NCBI GenBank assembly: GCA_964619725.1
Contig: CAZUFC010000013.1
Span: forward strand, 32,001-96,000
Length of the DNA: 64,000 bases
Direction: 5' to 3'
Source: an uncultured bacterium
GTDB lineage: Bacteria > CSSED10-310 > CAZUFC01
Under the pieces are notes generated by a model that saw only the letters and a list, made by a program, of their open reading frames with translations, did not search any database and was not told the origin of the DNA. The translations under genes and the position numbers were made by a program. Below are positions 20,166 to 29,466 of the stretch, in pieces. Every line of letters begins with the position of its first letter. Within the stretch, counting starts at the first letter, position 1.

Positions 20166-21122
20166 TTAATCCAGATTATACTTTTTTCTTTTTTCCAAAA
20201 GAGTTTTACGGTTGATCTTAAGGATTTCCGCTGCGCGGGTTTTATTCCCCCCCGTCTTTTCCAGAACACTTATAATGTAATGCTTTTCCAGCTCCTGAAG
20301 GCTCCAGTTCTGCATAGCCGCCGTTGAAATTAAATCCTCCTCGGGCGCATTTCGCGTAATCTGAATTTCATTCAGCGTGATACAACCGTCCTCCGATAAA
20401 AGAGTCGCTCTTTCCAGCACGTTGAAAAGCTGTCTGACATTTCCCGGCCAATGGTAATTCGCCAACGCTTTCATTATCTCAGGGTCCGCTCTTTTGAATA
20501 TTTTATTTTTCGTCCTGTCCTGACGGTCAAAAAATGCGCGAACCAGCAATGGTATATCGCTCAGTCGCTCTCTTAACGGAGGAATTCTTATAGGAAATAC
20601 GTTCAGAGTATAATAGAGTTCCTTTCTGAGGCGACCATGCTTGAGAGCCGTTTGAATATCCTCATTGCAGGCTGCTATTACCCGCGCTTTCAGCTTGATT
20701 ACATTGTGGCCGCCGAGTTTCCCGAACTCTCTGTCCTGGAGAACTCGCGCCAGTTTCGGCTGATATGAAGGCGGCATTGAAAGCACATTGTCCAAATACA
20801 ACGATCCTTCTTCAGCTATTTCAAATTTGCCGGCTTTCGATTCCACCGCTCCCGTAAAAGTTCCCTTTTCATGCCCGAATAATTCTGAATCCAGTAAAGA
20901 TTCGGGAATGGTCGAAAAATCTACTTTTACCATTGGAGATTCGCTGCGATATGATTGTTGATGAATGTATCGAGCCAGATGTTCTTTTCCGCAACCGGTC
21001 TCGCCTGAGATCAGAACAGTTGCGCTTGAATCCGCTACTTTGCTCACTGCCGATTTTATCTTGAGTATCTCTGAGTGGTTGCCGACAAATTTGATTCCTG
21101 CCGCTTTTTTTTTGTCCTTCAT
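20166..21122 (-). CDS. Sigma-54 activator-like AAA+/Fis-HTH protein, no sensor domain, degenerate catalytic motifs
   Basis: GETGCGKE, SELFGHEKGTFTGA, PPLRER, WPGNVR, and HTH GNKTRAAEILKINRKTL. Walker B reads YLDNV. Confidence 0.85.
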   Translation of the reverse strand: MKDKKKAAGIKFVGNHSEILKIKSAVSKVADSSATVLISGETGCGKEHLARYIHQQSYRSESPMVKVDFSTIPESLLDSELFGHEKGTFTGAVESKAGKFEIAEEGSLYLDNVLSMPPSYQPKLARVLQDREFGKLGGHNVIKLKARVIAACNEDIQTALKHGRLRKELYYTLNVFPIRIPPLRERLSDIPLLVRAFFDRQDRTKNKIFKRADPEIMKALANYHWPGNVRQLFNVLERATLLSEDGCITLNEIQITRNAPEEDLISTAAMQNWSLQELEKHYIISVLEKTGGNKTRAAEILKINRKTLLEKRKKYNLD

Positions 21123-21508
21123 TCTATATCATTCGTAATATCCGCAGTATGCAATTTTTTTTCGATCATATCTTCGAGCAGACGAGGCGCCTCCCGCCAT
21201 AAGTGTTCAAGATTGTAATATTCGCGCTTTTCCTTGATGAATACATGAATAACTACATCCACGTAATCCATCAGTACCCATTGGCCTTGCTCCTTTCCCT
21301 CTATATGACGCAACCTGTAGCCCTGCTCAGATAATTTCTCTTCCACTCTCTCGGCAATGGCCTTTACCTGTCTTTCAGAGTCGCCGGAACAAATAATGAA
21401 ATGATCAGTTATGGTTGAAAAGCCCTTTAAATCCAATACTGTAATATCGTCTGCCTTTTTTTCTGCTGCCGCTGAAACGGCGTATTCCAACAAATCTTGG
21501 TGTGAAAT
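21119..21508 (-). CDS. rsfS: Ribosome silencing factor RsfS (start is either ATT 21508 or TTG 21493)
   Basis: KKADDITVLDL, DHFIICSG.S.RQVKAIA, W.LMDY.DVVIHVF....REYY.LE.LW. Confidence 0.95.
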   Translation of the reverse strand: MSHQDLLEYAVSAAAEKKADDITVLDLKGFSTITDHFIICSGDSERQVKAIAERVEEKLSEQGYRLRHIEGKEQGQWVLMDYVDVVIHVFIKEKREYYNLEHLWREAPRLLEDMIEKKLHTADITNDIE

Positions 21509-21655
21509 CGGAGTTACCTCCTATATGAGTTATTTTGTTGATCTCATCGAGGAACTGAAAAGATTCCCTCATAAATATAAACAAAACAAAAGGAAGTGTC
21601 AAATTGATTTCATCGAACGAAGTGATTTCTTCCCCAAATCTATTTCTCAGAAATC

Positions 21656-22330
21656 TTACGAATACAATCCGTGTTCTTTAATGTAAGTATATGTCTTCTC
21701 AGGAACAAGGTAGCGGAAACAGCGGTTCTCGCTGATTCGTTTCCTTATGCCGGAAGAGGAAACTTCGATGGATGATATACGAAAAAACCATATGCGGGTT
21801 GGATGGCGGCATTCCTTTGACAACAAAGTATTAGTATCCAAAGGTTTCATATTTTGTTCATCGAGGGAAAAATTCAATTTTTGCGTGAAATGACCCGGCA
21901 AGTTTTTCAGGTCCTTGATGTACCGGTTAGGCCTGGATGTGACAATAAAATGACAGGTTTTCAGCAGTTGCTCCCAGTCTTTCCAGGTATTGATCTCGGC
22001 GAAAGCATCAATGCCCAGGATGAAATAAAATTCAGCCTCCGGATTCGTTTTCATCAAATAATGAATCGTATCGATGGAATAGGAATAGCCGGGCCGTCTC
22101 GATTCGCAACGTTCTATTCTTAATCGTTCGTTGTTTTCGATGGCGGCTTCGACCATATTCGCCCTGTGCTTGAATGAAAGAACATCCGTTTGTTTTTTAT
22201 GAGGCGGCGATTTTGAGGGGATAAAAAGGACATGATCGAGTTTGAATATTTCAAGAGTTTCTTCGGATGATATAAGATGTCCGATATGGACCGGATCGAA
22301 AGTGCCTCCTAAAACTCCGATTTTTTTCAT
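21656..22330 (-). CDS. nadD: Nicotinate-nucleotide adenylyltransferase
   Basis: MKKIGVLGGTFDPVHIGH, PPHK, SYSIDT, ILG.DAF..I.TWK.W, SSS.IR. True start is ATG 22330, just after the obgE stop. Confidence 0.96.
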   Translation of the reverse strand: MKKIGVLGGTFDPVHIGHLISSEETLEIFKLDHVLFIPSKSPPHKKQTDVLSFKHRANMVEAAIENNERLRIERCESRRPGYSYSIDTIHYLMKTNPEAEFYFILGIDAFAEINTWKDWEQLLKTCHFIVTSRPNRYIKDLKNLPGHFTQKLNFSLDEQNMKPLDTNTLLSKECRHPTRIWFFRISSIEVSSSGIRKRISENRCFRYLVPEKTYTYIKEHGLYS

Positions 22331-22331
22331 C

Positions 22332-23354
22332 TTATTGATCGCTGTCTTTTGTAAGTCCTTCGTAAAGCTGCCAGACCTTTCCCAATAATTCCCGAACGCC
22401 CTTTCCCGTAACCGCTGAGATAGCCTGAAAAGCATAATCGCGGGAAAGAGCAAACTGACGCAACTTTTCCAGTTTCTCTTCATGCCCCGGTATATCGATT
22501 TTGGCGGCAACGATTATAAACGGCTTTTTCGCCAGATCAGCATGGTGCGATTTTAATTCTTCCTTGAGAATAACAAATTCGTCAACCGGTTGATTCGTGT
22601 TCGCCGGAGATACGTCAATCAAATGGAGAAGCGCCTCTGTTCTTTCCACATGCTTCAGGAATTGAAGCCCCAGACCGGCTCCCTTGTGAGCATTCTCGAT
22701 GATACCGGGAATATCGGCAAAAACGAGCTGTTTTTCATCTTTATATGTTACGATTCCGAGATTGGGGATTAGGGTCGTAAAAGGATACCCGGCAATTTTG
22801 GGTTTGGCTGCGGAAACGCAACTGATGAGCGTTGATTTTCCTGCATTGGGAAAACCGATTAATCCGATGTTAGCTAAAAGCTTCAATTCCAGTCTTATTT
22901 TTCTGTACTGTCCGGGTTTGCCTTCTTCAGCATAGGTCGGCGTCTGATTCGTGGAAGAGGTAAAACGGGCGTTGCCTCGTCCGCCGCGGCCTCCTTGGGC
23001 GATTAAAACTTCCTTTCCGTCGCGATCTACATCGGCAATGATCGAACCTGTCTGTTCATCATATACCACGGTTCCTACAGGAGCCTGTAAAATCATAGGT
23101 TCGGCGCTTCTGCCTGTACTTTTTTTCCCTCTTCCCGGCTTGCCGTTTTCCGCCCAATAATGCATTTTATAATGATAATCCATCAGTGAGCTCATATGGG
23201 AATTGCCCTTGATTATCACATCTCCGCCTTTTCCTCCGTCGCCGCCGTCAGGACCGCCTTTAGGGACATACTTTTCCCTCCTGAAACCGACGCACCCGTC
23301 GCCTCCCTTGCCTGATTTAACTTCGATTACAGCCTCGTCGATGAATTTGCTCAT
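22332..23354 (-). CDS. obgE: GTPase ObgE/CgtA
   Basis: FIDEA..GKGGDG..FRREKYVPKGGPDGGDGG, GFPNAGKST, YPFTT, DIPG. Confidence 0.98.
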   Translation of the reverse strand: MSKFIDEAVIEVKSGKGGDGCVGFRREKYVPKGGPDGGDGGKGGDVIIKGNSHMSSLMDYHYKMHYWAENGKPGRGKKSTGRSAEPMILQAPVGTVVYDEQTGSIIADVDRDGKEVLIAQGGRGGRGNARFTSSTNQTPTYAEEGKPGQYRKIRLELKLLANIGLIGFPNAGKSTLISCVSAAKPKIAGYPFTTLIPNLGIVTYKDEKQLVFADIPGIIENAHKGAGLGLQFLKHVERTEALLHLIDVSPANTNQPVDEFVILKEELKSHHADLAKKPFIIVAAKIDIPGHEEKLEKLRQFALSRDYAFQAISAVTGKGVRELLGKVWQLYEGLTKDSDQ

Positions 23355-23414
23355 ATGCAAATTAACCCCTTACCCATGAATGGGCAGGGGTTAGAAATAT
23401 TCGAAAAAAATTGC

Positions 23415-23675
23415 TCAGTTTACTCTGGGGTATACGCTGATCTTCTTGCGCAGCCGGCCGTGCTTCTCGAATGCCACGATTCCGTCGATTTTAGCGAATA
23501 AACTGTCGTCCTTGGCCTTGCCGACGTTTAACCCGGGGTAATATTTCGTTCCCCGCTGCCTTATCAAAATGCTTCCCGCAGTTACGAAATTTCCGCCGAA
23601 TCGCTTTATTCCGAGTCTCTGGGCGTTACTGTCCCGGCCGTTCCTTGAACTCCCCACACCTTTTTTGTGTGCCAT
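23415..23675 (-). CDS. rpmA: 50S ribosomal protein L27
   Basis: [22 protein letters not shown]. Confidence 0.99.
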   Translation of the reverse strand: MAHKKGVGSSRNGRDSNAQRLGIKRFGGNFVTAGSILIRQRGTKYYPGLNVGKAKDDSLFAKIDGIVAFEKHGRLRKKISVYPRVN

Positions 23676-23714
23676 TTTTTCGCTCCTTATGAATTAAAGC
23701 AATGATCCGAAAAC

Positions 23715-24254
23715 CTACTCGTTTTCCCTCTTTTCCTCTTCCGGAGCTTCCGATTCTTCTACGGATTCATCGGGAGACTCCATCTCCGGTTCTTCCGTCA
23801 CTTCTTCGGCCGCCTCTTCAGTCTCCGCTCCTGAAGATTCAGGCTCAGTATCGCCGGAATCCTCTATGCTTGCCGCAGATTCAGCTTCAGTCTTCGTTTC
23901 CTCAGCTTCTTCTTCAGCCGCAGGCGCTTCCTCCACTCCAAAAGGTCCCTGGATGGACTCAACCCTGATGCCTGTGAAAAGTTGTCTGTGACCTATTTTC
24001 CGACGATACTTCTTGCGGCGTTTCTTTTTTCCCACGATTATTTTTTTGCCTTTGCCCTGTTCAACGATCTTGGCGTTGACGACGGCATCCTCGATGACAG
24101 GCGAGCCTATCAACACGGTCTCATCGGTTCCTATCATAAGAACTCGGTCCAATTGAACGCTTGATCCCGGTTCACCTTCTATTCGCTCAATTCGAAGATA
24201 ATCATTGGGTTCGATCTTGTACTGTTTTCCACCTGTTTTGATGACAGCAAACAT
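23715..24254 (-). CDS. rplU: 50S ribosomal protein L21 with a long acidic C-terminal tail
   Basis: MFAVIKTGGKQYK...GHRQ.FT, followed by about 75 Glu/Ala-rich residues. Confidence 0.97.
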   Translation of the reverse strand: MFAVIKTGGKQYKIEPNDYLRIERIEGEPGSSVQLDRVLMIGTDETVLIGSPVIEDAVVNAKIVEQGKGKKIIVGKKKRRKKYRRKIGHRQLFTGIRVESIQGPFGVEEAPAAEEEAEETKTEAESAASIEDSGDTEPESSGAETEEAAEEVTEEPEMESPDESVEESEAPEEEKRENE

Positions 24255-24302
24255 TGTTCTTTACCTCCCCGTTAAAACCGCCAGGGTTAAAACGAATGTA
24301 TA

Positions 24303-24331
24303 ATCATAATTTCTGAAAATTGCGAAGTCAA
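24303..24331 (-). promoter_or_regulatory. sigma70 promoter of the rplU operon
   Basis: Minus strand TTGACT-17 nt-TATGAT. Confidence 0.65.
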
Positions 24332-24450
24332 GCCTTTTCAACACATTTCTCGCTCTTTAAACTCGGTTTAAAGTGATTTCGGGACTGATCAAAACGGGGT
24401 TACACTTCTTTCAAGACTTTTGATAGTTTGTTTCAGTAATAGGAGTCCTT

Positions 24451-24492
24451 ATCGGGGTCGGGATCGAGTTCGCAATCGAAATCGAAATCGAA
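24451..24492. repeat. Degenerate hexamer tandem repeat (NTCGRR-like x7)
   Basis: ATCGGG GTCGGG ATCGAG TTCGCA ATCGAA ATCGAA ATCGAA. Confidence 0.6.
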
Positions 24493-24747
24493 ACAAAATG
24501 ATGGAAGATTCTGTCGAATTGTAACCGCAAAAGACCTGTTTTTGATCAATGCCGTAACTTTTCTTCACTAAATTAACCTGTCGCTGTTCAGAATCTGATT
24601 CGACACAGCAATTCATATTGCGGTTTTTTTCCTTGCCGCTTATTATTCTTAACAGGGCAGGTAATTTCTCTGCTGCAGCGCCGTGCGAATTATGGACGGT
24701 TCATTGCGCCGGCGTAAATATGAAGTTGAATCCCTGGAGGAAAGATA

Positions 24748-26769
24748 ATGAATGCCCAGCAAGCGAAAAGTCGAATCGAGGAATTAAGAAAAGAAATTAA
24801 TCATCATAACTATTTATATTACATCAGAAATGAACCGGCAATCCCGGATGCGGAGTATGACGCTCTAATGCGTGAGCTGATGAAACTTGAGGCGGAGTAT
24901 CCCGAATATGACAGTATCGATTCTCCGACCAGGAAAGTGGGCGCTCCGCCGGTTGGGGAGCTGGGCAAGGTGGAACATACTTCGCCCATGCTGAGTCTTG
25001 ATGCTTCATTGAATAAGTCTGATGTTATTCAATTCGATCAGCGCATAAAAAAGGCTGCCGGAGTCGACCGAATCGAATACTCGGCAGAACTGAAATTAGA
25101 CGGTTTATCCGTTGAACTCGTCTATGAAAACGGCCTTTTCATAAGGGGCTCTACCAGGGGAGACGGAAGAATAGGAGAAGAAGTCACCTTGAACCTCAGG
25201 ACGATTCGATCGCTGCCATTGAGGTTATGGGAAGAAGGGATACCTGTTCCCGGCATGTTGGCGGTTCGCGGTGAAGTCGTTATGCCTGTGAATGCCTTTC
25301 TCCAGTACAATAAGCAACTTACTGAAAAAGGCGAAGCCCCTTTCGCTAATCCTCGTAATGCAGCCGCAGGTTCGCTCAGACAGATTGATTCCCGCATAAC
25401 GGCTTCACGCCCCCTGGATATCTATGTCTACGATGTTATGACAGCGGAGGGCGCAGCCTTCTCTTCCCACTGGGAAATACTGGAGCAGCTTCCGAGATGG
25501 GGATTCAAAGTGACGGAACATTGGAGAAGGTGCAACGACATCAGGGATGCCGTAACTTTCCATTCTGAGATAGAAAAAATACGAGAAGACCTCGAAGCTG
25601 AAATAGATGGAATAGTGATAAAAGTCAACGACTTGAAGTTGCGTGATCAATTGGGTTCGCGTGACAGAAGTCCGCGATGGGCCATGGCGTTGAAATTTCA
25701 ACCCAGACGAGAAACTACCGAAGTTCTGGGAATTGCCGTTCAGGTCGGAAGGACAGGTATTTTAACTCCAGTGGCTATTCTGAAACCGGTGGATGTTGGA
25801 GGCGTTACTGTCAGTCGGGCCACTCTTCATAACTTGGATATCGTCAGGAAATTGGACGTCAGGGTCGGCGACAAGGTCAAAGTAATCAGAGCAGGTGATG
25901 TGATTCCTGAGATTGCCGAGGTCGATAAATCCGCAAGGCGCATTGAGAAAAAAGAATTCAATATGCCAGATGCGTGTCCGGTTTGCGGGTCTGCCGTCAC
26001 CAGAGAAGGAGCTTATTATTTTTGCTCAGGCGGGTTGGCCTGTCCCGCTCAATTGAAAAGCTCCATTACTCATTATGCATCCCGGTATGCAATGGATATC
26101 GCCAATCTTTCGGAACAAACTGTCGGCCTGTTCGTCAATTTAGGCATAGTAAAACACGTTTACGACCTTTATAATCTGAAAAAGGAAGAAGTTGAAGAAC
26201 TGAAAGGATGGGGCCCCAAAGCGACCCAAAATTTGTTGCAGGCCATTGAACAAAGCAAATCCAGACCTCTTTCTCAATTTATTTACGCCCTGGGCATCAG
26301 ACATGTGGGTACGCATGTAGCTCAATTACTGGCTGAAAATTTCGGAACCCTCGATGCGCTTATGAATGCAGATCGCAATACTTTGGAGTCGATTGATCAA
26401 ATAGGGCCGCGAATCAGCGAGAGTATTGTGTGCTTCTTCTCAGAAAAGCATAACAGGCAGACCATAAAAGCATTGATGGATTCAGGCGTGAAACCGTTGC
26501 CTGTCGAGAAATCAGAATCAAAGAATGGTGACGACAAGAAACCGTATAACCTTTCCTTCATCTTTACAGGGGGCCTTGAGTCAATGACCAGGGATGAAGC
26601 CAAGCGAAAAGTGGAGGCTTTAGGCGGACGCGTCGTTAATTCCGTCAGTAATAAAACAGATTACGTCGTTACCGGAAAGAATCCGGGGTCTAAACTGAGT
26701 AAAGCGAGAAAGTTGAATCTAAATGTTATATCTGAACAGGAATTCATCGATATGGTGAATTCCGGCTGA
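24748..26769 (+). CDS. ligA: NAD-dependent DNA ligase
   Basis: ELKLDG, TRGDG..GE, ANPRNAAAGSLRQ, VGRTG, RATLHN, C4 zinc finger and BRCT domain. Confidence 0.98.
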   Translation: MNAQQAKSRIEELRKEINHHNYLYYIRNEPAIPDAEYDALMRELMKLEAEYPEYDSIDSPTRKVGAPPVGELGKVEHTSPMLSLDASLNKSDVIQFDQRIKKAAGVDRIEYSAELKLDGLSVELVYENGLFIRGSTRGDGRIGEEVTLNLRTIRSLPLRLWEEGIPVPGMLAVRGEVVMPVNAFLQYNKQLTEKGEAPFANPRNAAAGSLRQIDSRITASRPLDIYVYDVMTAEGAAFSSHWEILEQLPRWGFKVTEHWRRCNDIRDAVTFHSEIEKIREDLEAEIDGIVIKVNDLKLRDQLGSRDRSPRWAMALKFQPRRETTEVLGIAVQVGRTGILTPVAILKPVDVGGVTVSRATLHNLDIVRKLDVRVGDKVKVIRAGDVIPEIAEVDKSARRIEKKEFNMPDACPVCGSAVTREGAYYFCSGGLACPAQLKSSITHYASRYAMDIANLSEQTVGLFVNLGIVKHVYDLYNLKKEEVEELKGWGPKATQNLLQAIEQSKSRPLSQFIYALGIRHVGTHVAQLLAENFGTLDALMNADRNTLESIDQIGPRISESIVCFFSEKHNRQTIKALMDSGVKPLPVEKSESKNGDDKKPYNLSFIFTGGLESMTRDEAKRKVEALGGRVVNSVSNKTDYVVTGKNPGSKLSKARKLNLNVISEQEFIDMVNSG

Positions 26770-27312
26770 ATGAACCGGTTTCAGAGTGCAAAAACAGGCA
26801 CATGAGTCGTCGTGCGCTTTGCTTTAGAAGTTCTAAACGTGAATCCTGCAGCAGGTTGAAATCGGACGAGTAAAACATGAGCGCCAAGTACTGGGACCTG
26901 AGGTTGCCGCAAGAAATTTGTTAGTTTCTTTCCTTAAACGGCCATTTTTCCCCAACGCTGCGTCAGATTACATCTGCTTATGGCGTATTCAAGACGCAAA
27001 CCCTTTTATGGAGCATTACCGTGAATCAACGATACACTTGAACCTGTTTTGGGACACGACGGGCGCCCATAAATTCGTAACGGAGCGTTTTCTGCCTCCA
27101 AAAATTCCGAATTTTATAATAATGAAATAATATTTAAAATTCGCGTCGTATATGACCATTTCTGAATATTTTATATAAATTCTCCGCCTTTCTGATTCAT
27201 TCCGTCGAATTGGAATTATGAATTAAATCTCATCAGATAAAAAGCAAAGGCATGAATTATGCTCTGTATCTTCCGGTTGGATTTTTTGATCGTTCAATTT
27301 GAGGAGGTAAAA

Positions 27313-27897
27313 ATGCAGAACAAAATTTTAGTGTTGAGTTTAATGATTTTACCGTTTCTGCCGGTTCATCCTTGGGCGGCGGCGAACGATGCGTTTTTCG
27401 GGATGGGACCTCGCGTGGGTTTTTACAGCACGGAGGAAAACGGTAATGATGAACTGGACGGGTATTTAGGCGTTCAGATGCGTTTTCGATTCAACAGCGT
27501 TTTCGGAATTGAAGCTTCATTCGACTGGAGGGAAGATGAGTATACGATAGTGACGCCCTATGAGGAGACTAAAATGACTGTAGAACATCATCCCGTTTTG
27601 GTTTCCGCTATGTTTGACCTTGTGCCTTTCTCCAGCGTTTCTCCCTATGTGTTGATGGGTATCGGTTGGTATTACATGGAAGAAAAATATGAAGGGTACG
27701 ATTATTACTATGAAACAGATGACCGGGATTTCGGATATCATCTTGGAGGCGGAATTAATGCCTACTTCAATCCCAACATGTGTTTCAACGCTGATCTTCG
27801 CTATAATTTTCTGAAGATAACCGAAGATGAATGGGGAGACTCAGAACTCGATGCCGGCGGTTGGATAGTCAATATGGGCTTGACGTTTTTCTTTTAA
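27313..27897 (+). CDS. Small outer-membrane beta-barrel protein (OmpW/OmpA-TM-like)
   Basis: GAGGAGG SD then ATG 27313. Signal peptide, alternating aromatic strands (SPYV..G.G, FGYHLGGG), C-terminal Phe. Confidence 0.85.
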   Translation: MQNKILVLSLMILPFLPVHPWAAANDAFFGMGPRVGFYSTEENGNDELDGYLGVQMRFRFNSVFGIEASFDWREDEYTIVTPYEETKMTVEHHPVLVSAMFDLVPFSSVSPYVLMGIGWYYMEEKYEGYDYYYETDDRDFGYHLGGGINAYFNPNMCFNADLRYNFLKITEDEWGDSELDAGGWIVNMGLTFFF

Positions 27898-27951
27898 TTT
27901 GAAAAGGTCTGCGCCGGATCAATATAAAACCCTCGTGGAAGTTCTAAAAAC

Positions 27952-27992
27952 CGGCCCGTCCCGTGAAATTTTTCATGGAACGGGCCGATTTT
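27952..27992 (+). terminator. Intrinsic terminator
   Basis: CGGCCCGT-C-CCGTGAAA pairs with TTTCATGG-A-ACGGGCCG, followed by ATTTT. Confidence 0.7.
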
Positions 27993-28047
27993 CTTGGCTT
28001 TTCTTTTCGATCAATTGCCATTACAATAAATGATCGAGGTTTGGATT

Positions 28048-29460
28048 ATGAAATTGAAGCTGGAATATCTTAGGTCAATGCTCAGAAAATTAAGAGTGTT
28101 TTTCGAAAGGGAGTTGTGGATAGGCAAAGAGAAAGAAAGGGCTCTCCGTCACAAGATCGTACGAGGTTTTTTAAGGCGAATATCACTAACAATTGAGGGT
28201 TCCATTGATGATCAGATTACGCTCAAGGCATCGGCTCTGACTTATATGACCTTGTTGTCGATCGTGCCGTTCTTAGCTTTTCTGTTTTCCATCTCGAAAG
28301 GATTTGGTATCCAGAAAGCGGTTTTACCCTCCCTGGTGAAAAGTCTGACGGTGGGGCAGACGGCCGTTATGGAAAAAATAATCCAATACGTGGAAAACAC
28401 AGATGTCAAAGCCCTGGGAACTGCAGGACTCGTTTTTCTTTTGTACACCGTAATAAAAGTCCTGGCTAATATTGAAAAATCATTTAATGAGATATGGGGC
28501 GTAAGGAAAAACCGAACATGGGGAAGAAAATTTACCGACTACTTGAGCGTAATGATGATATGGCCTTTTCTTATGATATTCGTCACGGGACTCAATACCA
28601 CATTGACGGGTTTTTCCATAGTCAGAAAAATGCAGGAAATCGCCGTCATCAGTTCGTTCGTTGGGATCGCTCTGAGACTCATACCTTTTGTGGCCATCTG
28701 GGTCGCTTTTACCTTTCTTTACGTGTTCATGCCCAACAAAAAAATCAGATTCTTTTCCGCTCTTCCAGCCGGTATAATCGCCGGCATCCTATGGCTCGCA
28801 GCACAATGGGGGTATATCTACTTCCAGGTCGGCGTTTCAAAATACAACGCCATTTACGGAACTTTCGCCTCCCTCCCTATATTCCTCGTATGGCTGTATC
28901 TCAGTTGGGTCATAGTTCTGCTCGGCGCTGAAATCGCCTGGGCCGATCAAAACGTTTCATTCAAGAAATATCAGGTCATAAGAAAATTCATGTCTCCCAG
29001 GGAAAAAGTGGAAAATGCGCTCAGAGTAATCTCGGTAATCACTAAACAATACTATTACGGCAATTCTCCTGCTCATATTGAAATGATATCGGAAAAGCTG
29101 GGTTACACTCAAGAACTGACGGAAAGCGCCGTGGATGACCTTCAAAAAATCGGACTGCTTATCGTTACTGGTGAAGATGAACAGCAATGCATTCCCGCAG
29201 TCAATCCCGAAAACCTTACCGTCGTCGATTTCATACTCAGGTTCTCTGAGGGGCATTTCAAGAAATCCAAAACCAAAAACGATGAGGACCAGATAACCAG
29301 TCAAATTAAAGACATCTTTCACAGCTTTGAAAAAGAATTAAAAAAATTAGAAGATAACAAAAACCTCAAACAACTGGCCCTTCATGAATTTAAAAATATG
29401 AAAAAAAAAGAAAATAATTCTTTTTCGGTTCACTCCGATTCGCTTGACAATGTTCAATAA
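28048..29460 (+). CDS. YihY/BrkB family membrane protein with C-terminal wHTH-like extension
   Basis: KASALTY.TLLSIVPFLA, IE..FN.IW.V...R, LY..MPN, Y.AIYG.FA.LPIFL.W.Y.SW..VL.GAE. Confidence 0.9.
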   Translation: MKLKLEYLRSMLRKLRVFFERELWIGKEKERALRHKIVRGFLRRISLTIEGSIDDQITLKASALTYMTLLSIVPFLAFLFSISKGFGIQKAVLPSLVKSLTVGQTAVMEKIIQYVENTDVKALGTAGLVFLLYTVIKVLANIEKSFNEIWGVRKNRTWGRKFTDYLSVMMIWPFLMIFVTGLNTTLTGFSIVRKMQEIAVISSFVGIALRLIPFVAIWVAFTFLYVFMPNKKIRFFSALPAGIIAGILWLAAQWGYIYFQVGVSKYNAIYGTFASLPIFLVWLYLSWVIVLLGAEIAWADQNVSFKKYQVIRKFMSPREKVENALRVISVITKQYYYGNSPAHIEMISEKLGYTQELTESAVDDLQKIGLLIVTGEDEQQCIPAVNPENLTVVDFILRFSEGHFKKSKTKNDEDQITSQIKDIFHSFEKELKKLEDNKNLKQLALHEFKNMKKKENNSFSVHSDSLDNVQ

Positions 29461-29466
29461 TCCAAA

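Noticed and set aside
22331-22510. Apparent 60-aa N-terminal extension of NadD
   Set aside because: It overlaps the obgE 3' end. NadD homology begins at ATG 22330.
26770-27312. Long intergenic region with a 70-aa ORF; possible riboswitch
   Set aside because: No SD or recognisable protein motif, and no riboswitch consensus that I can identify.
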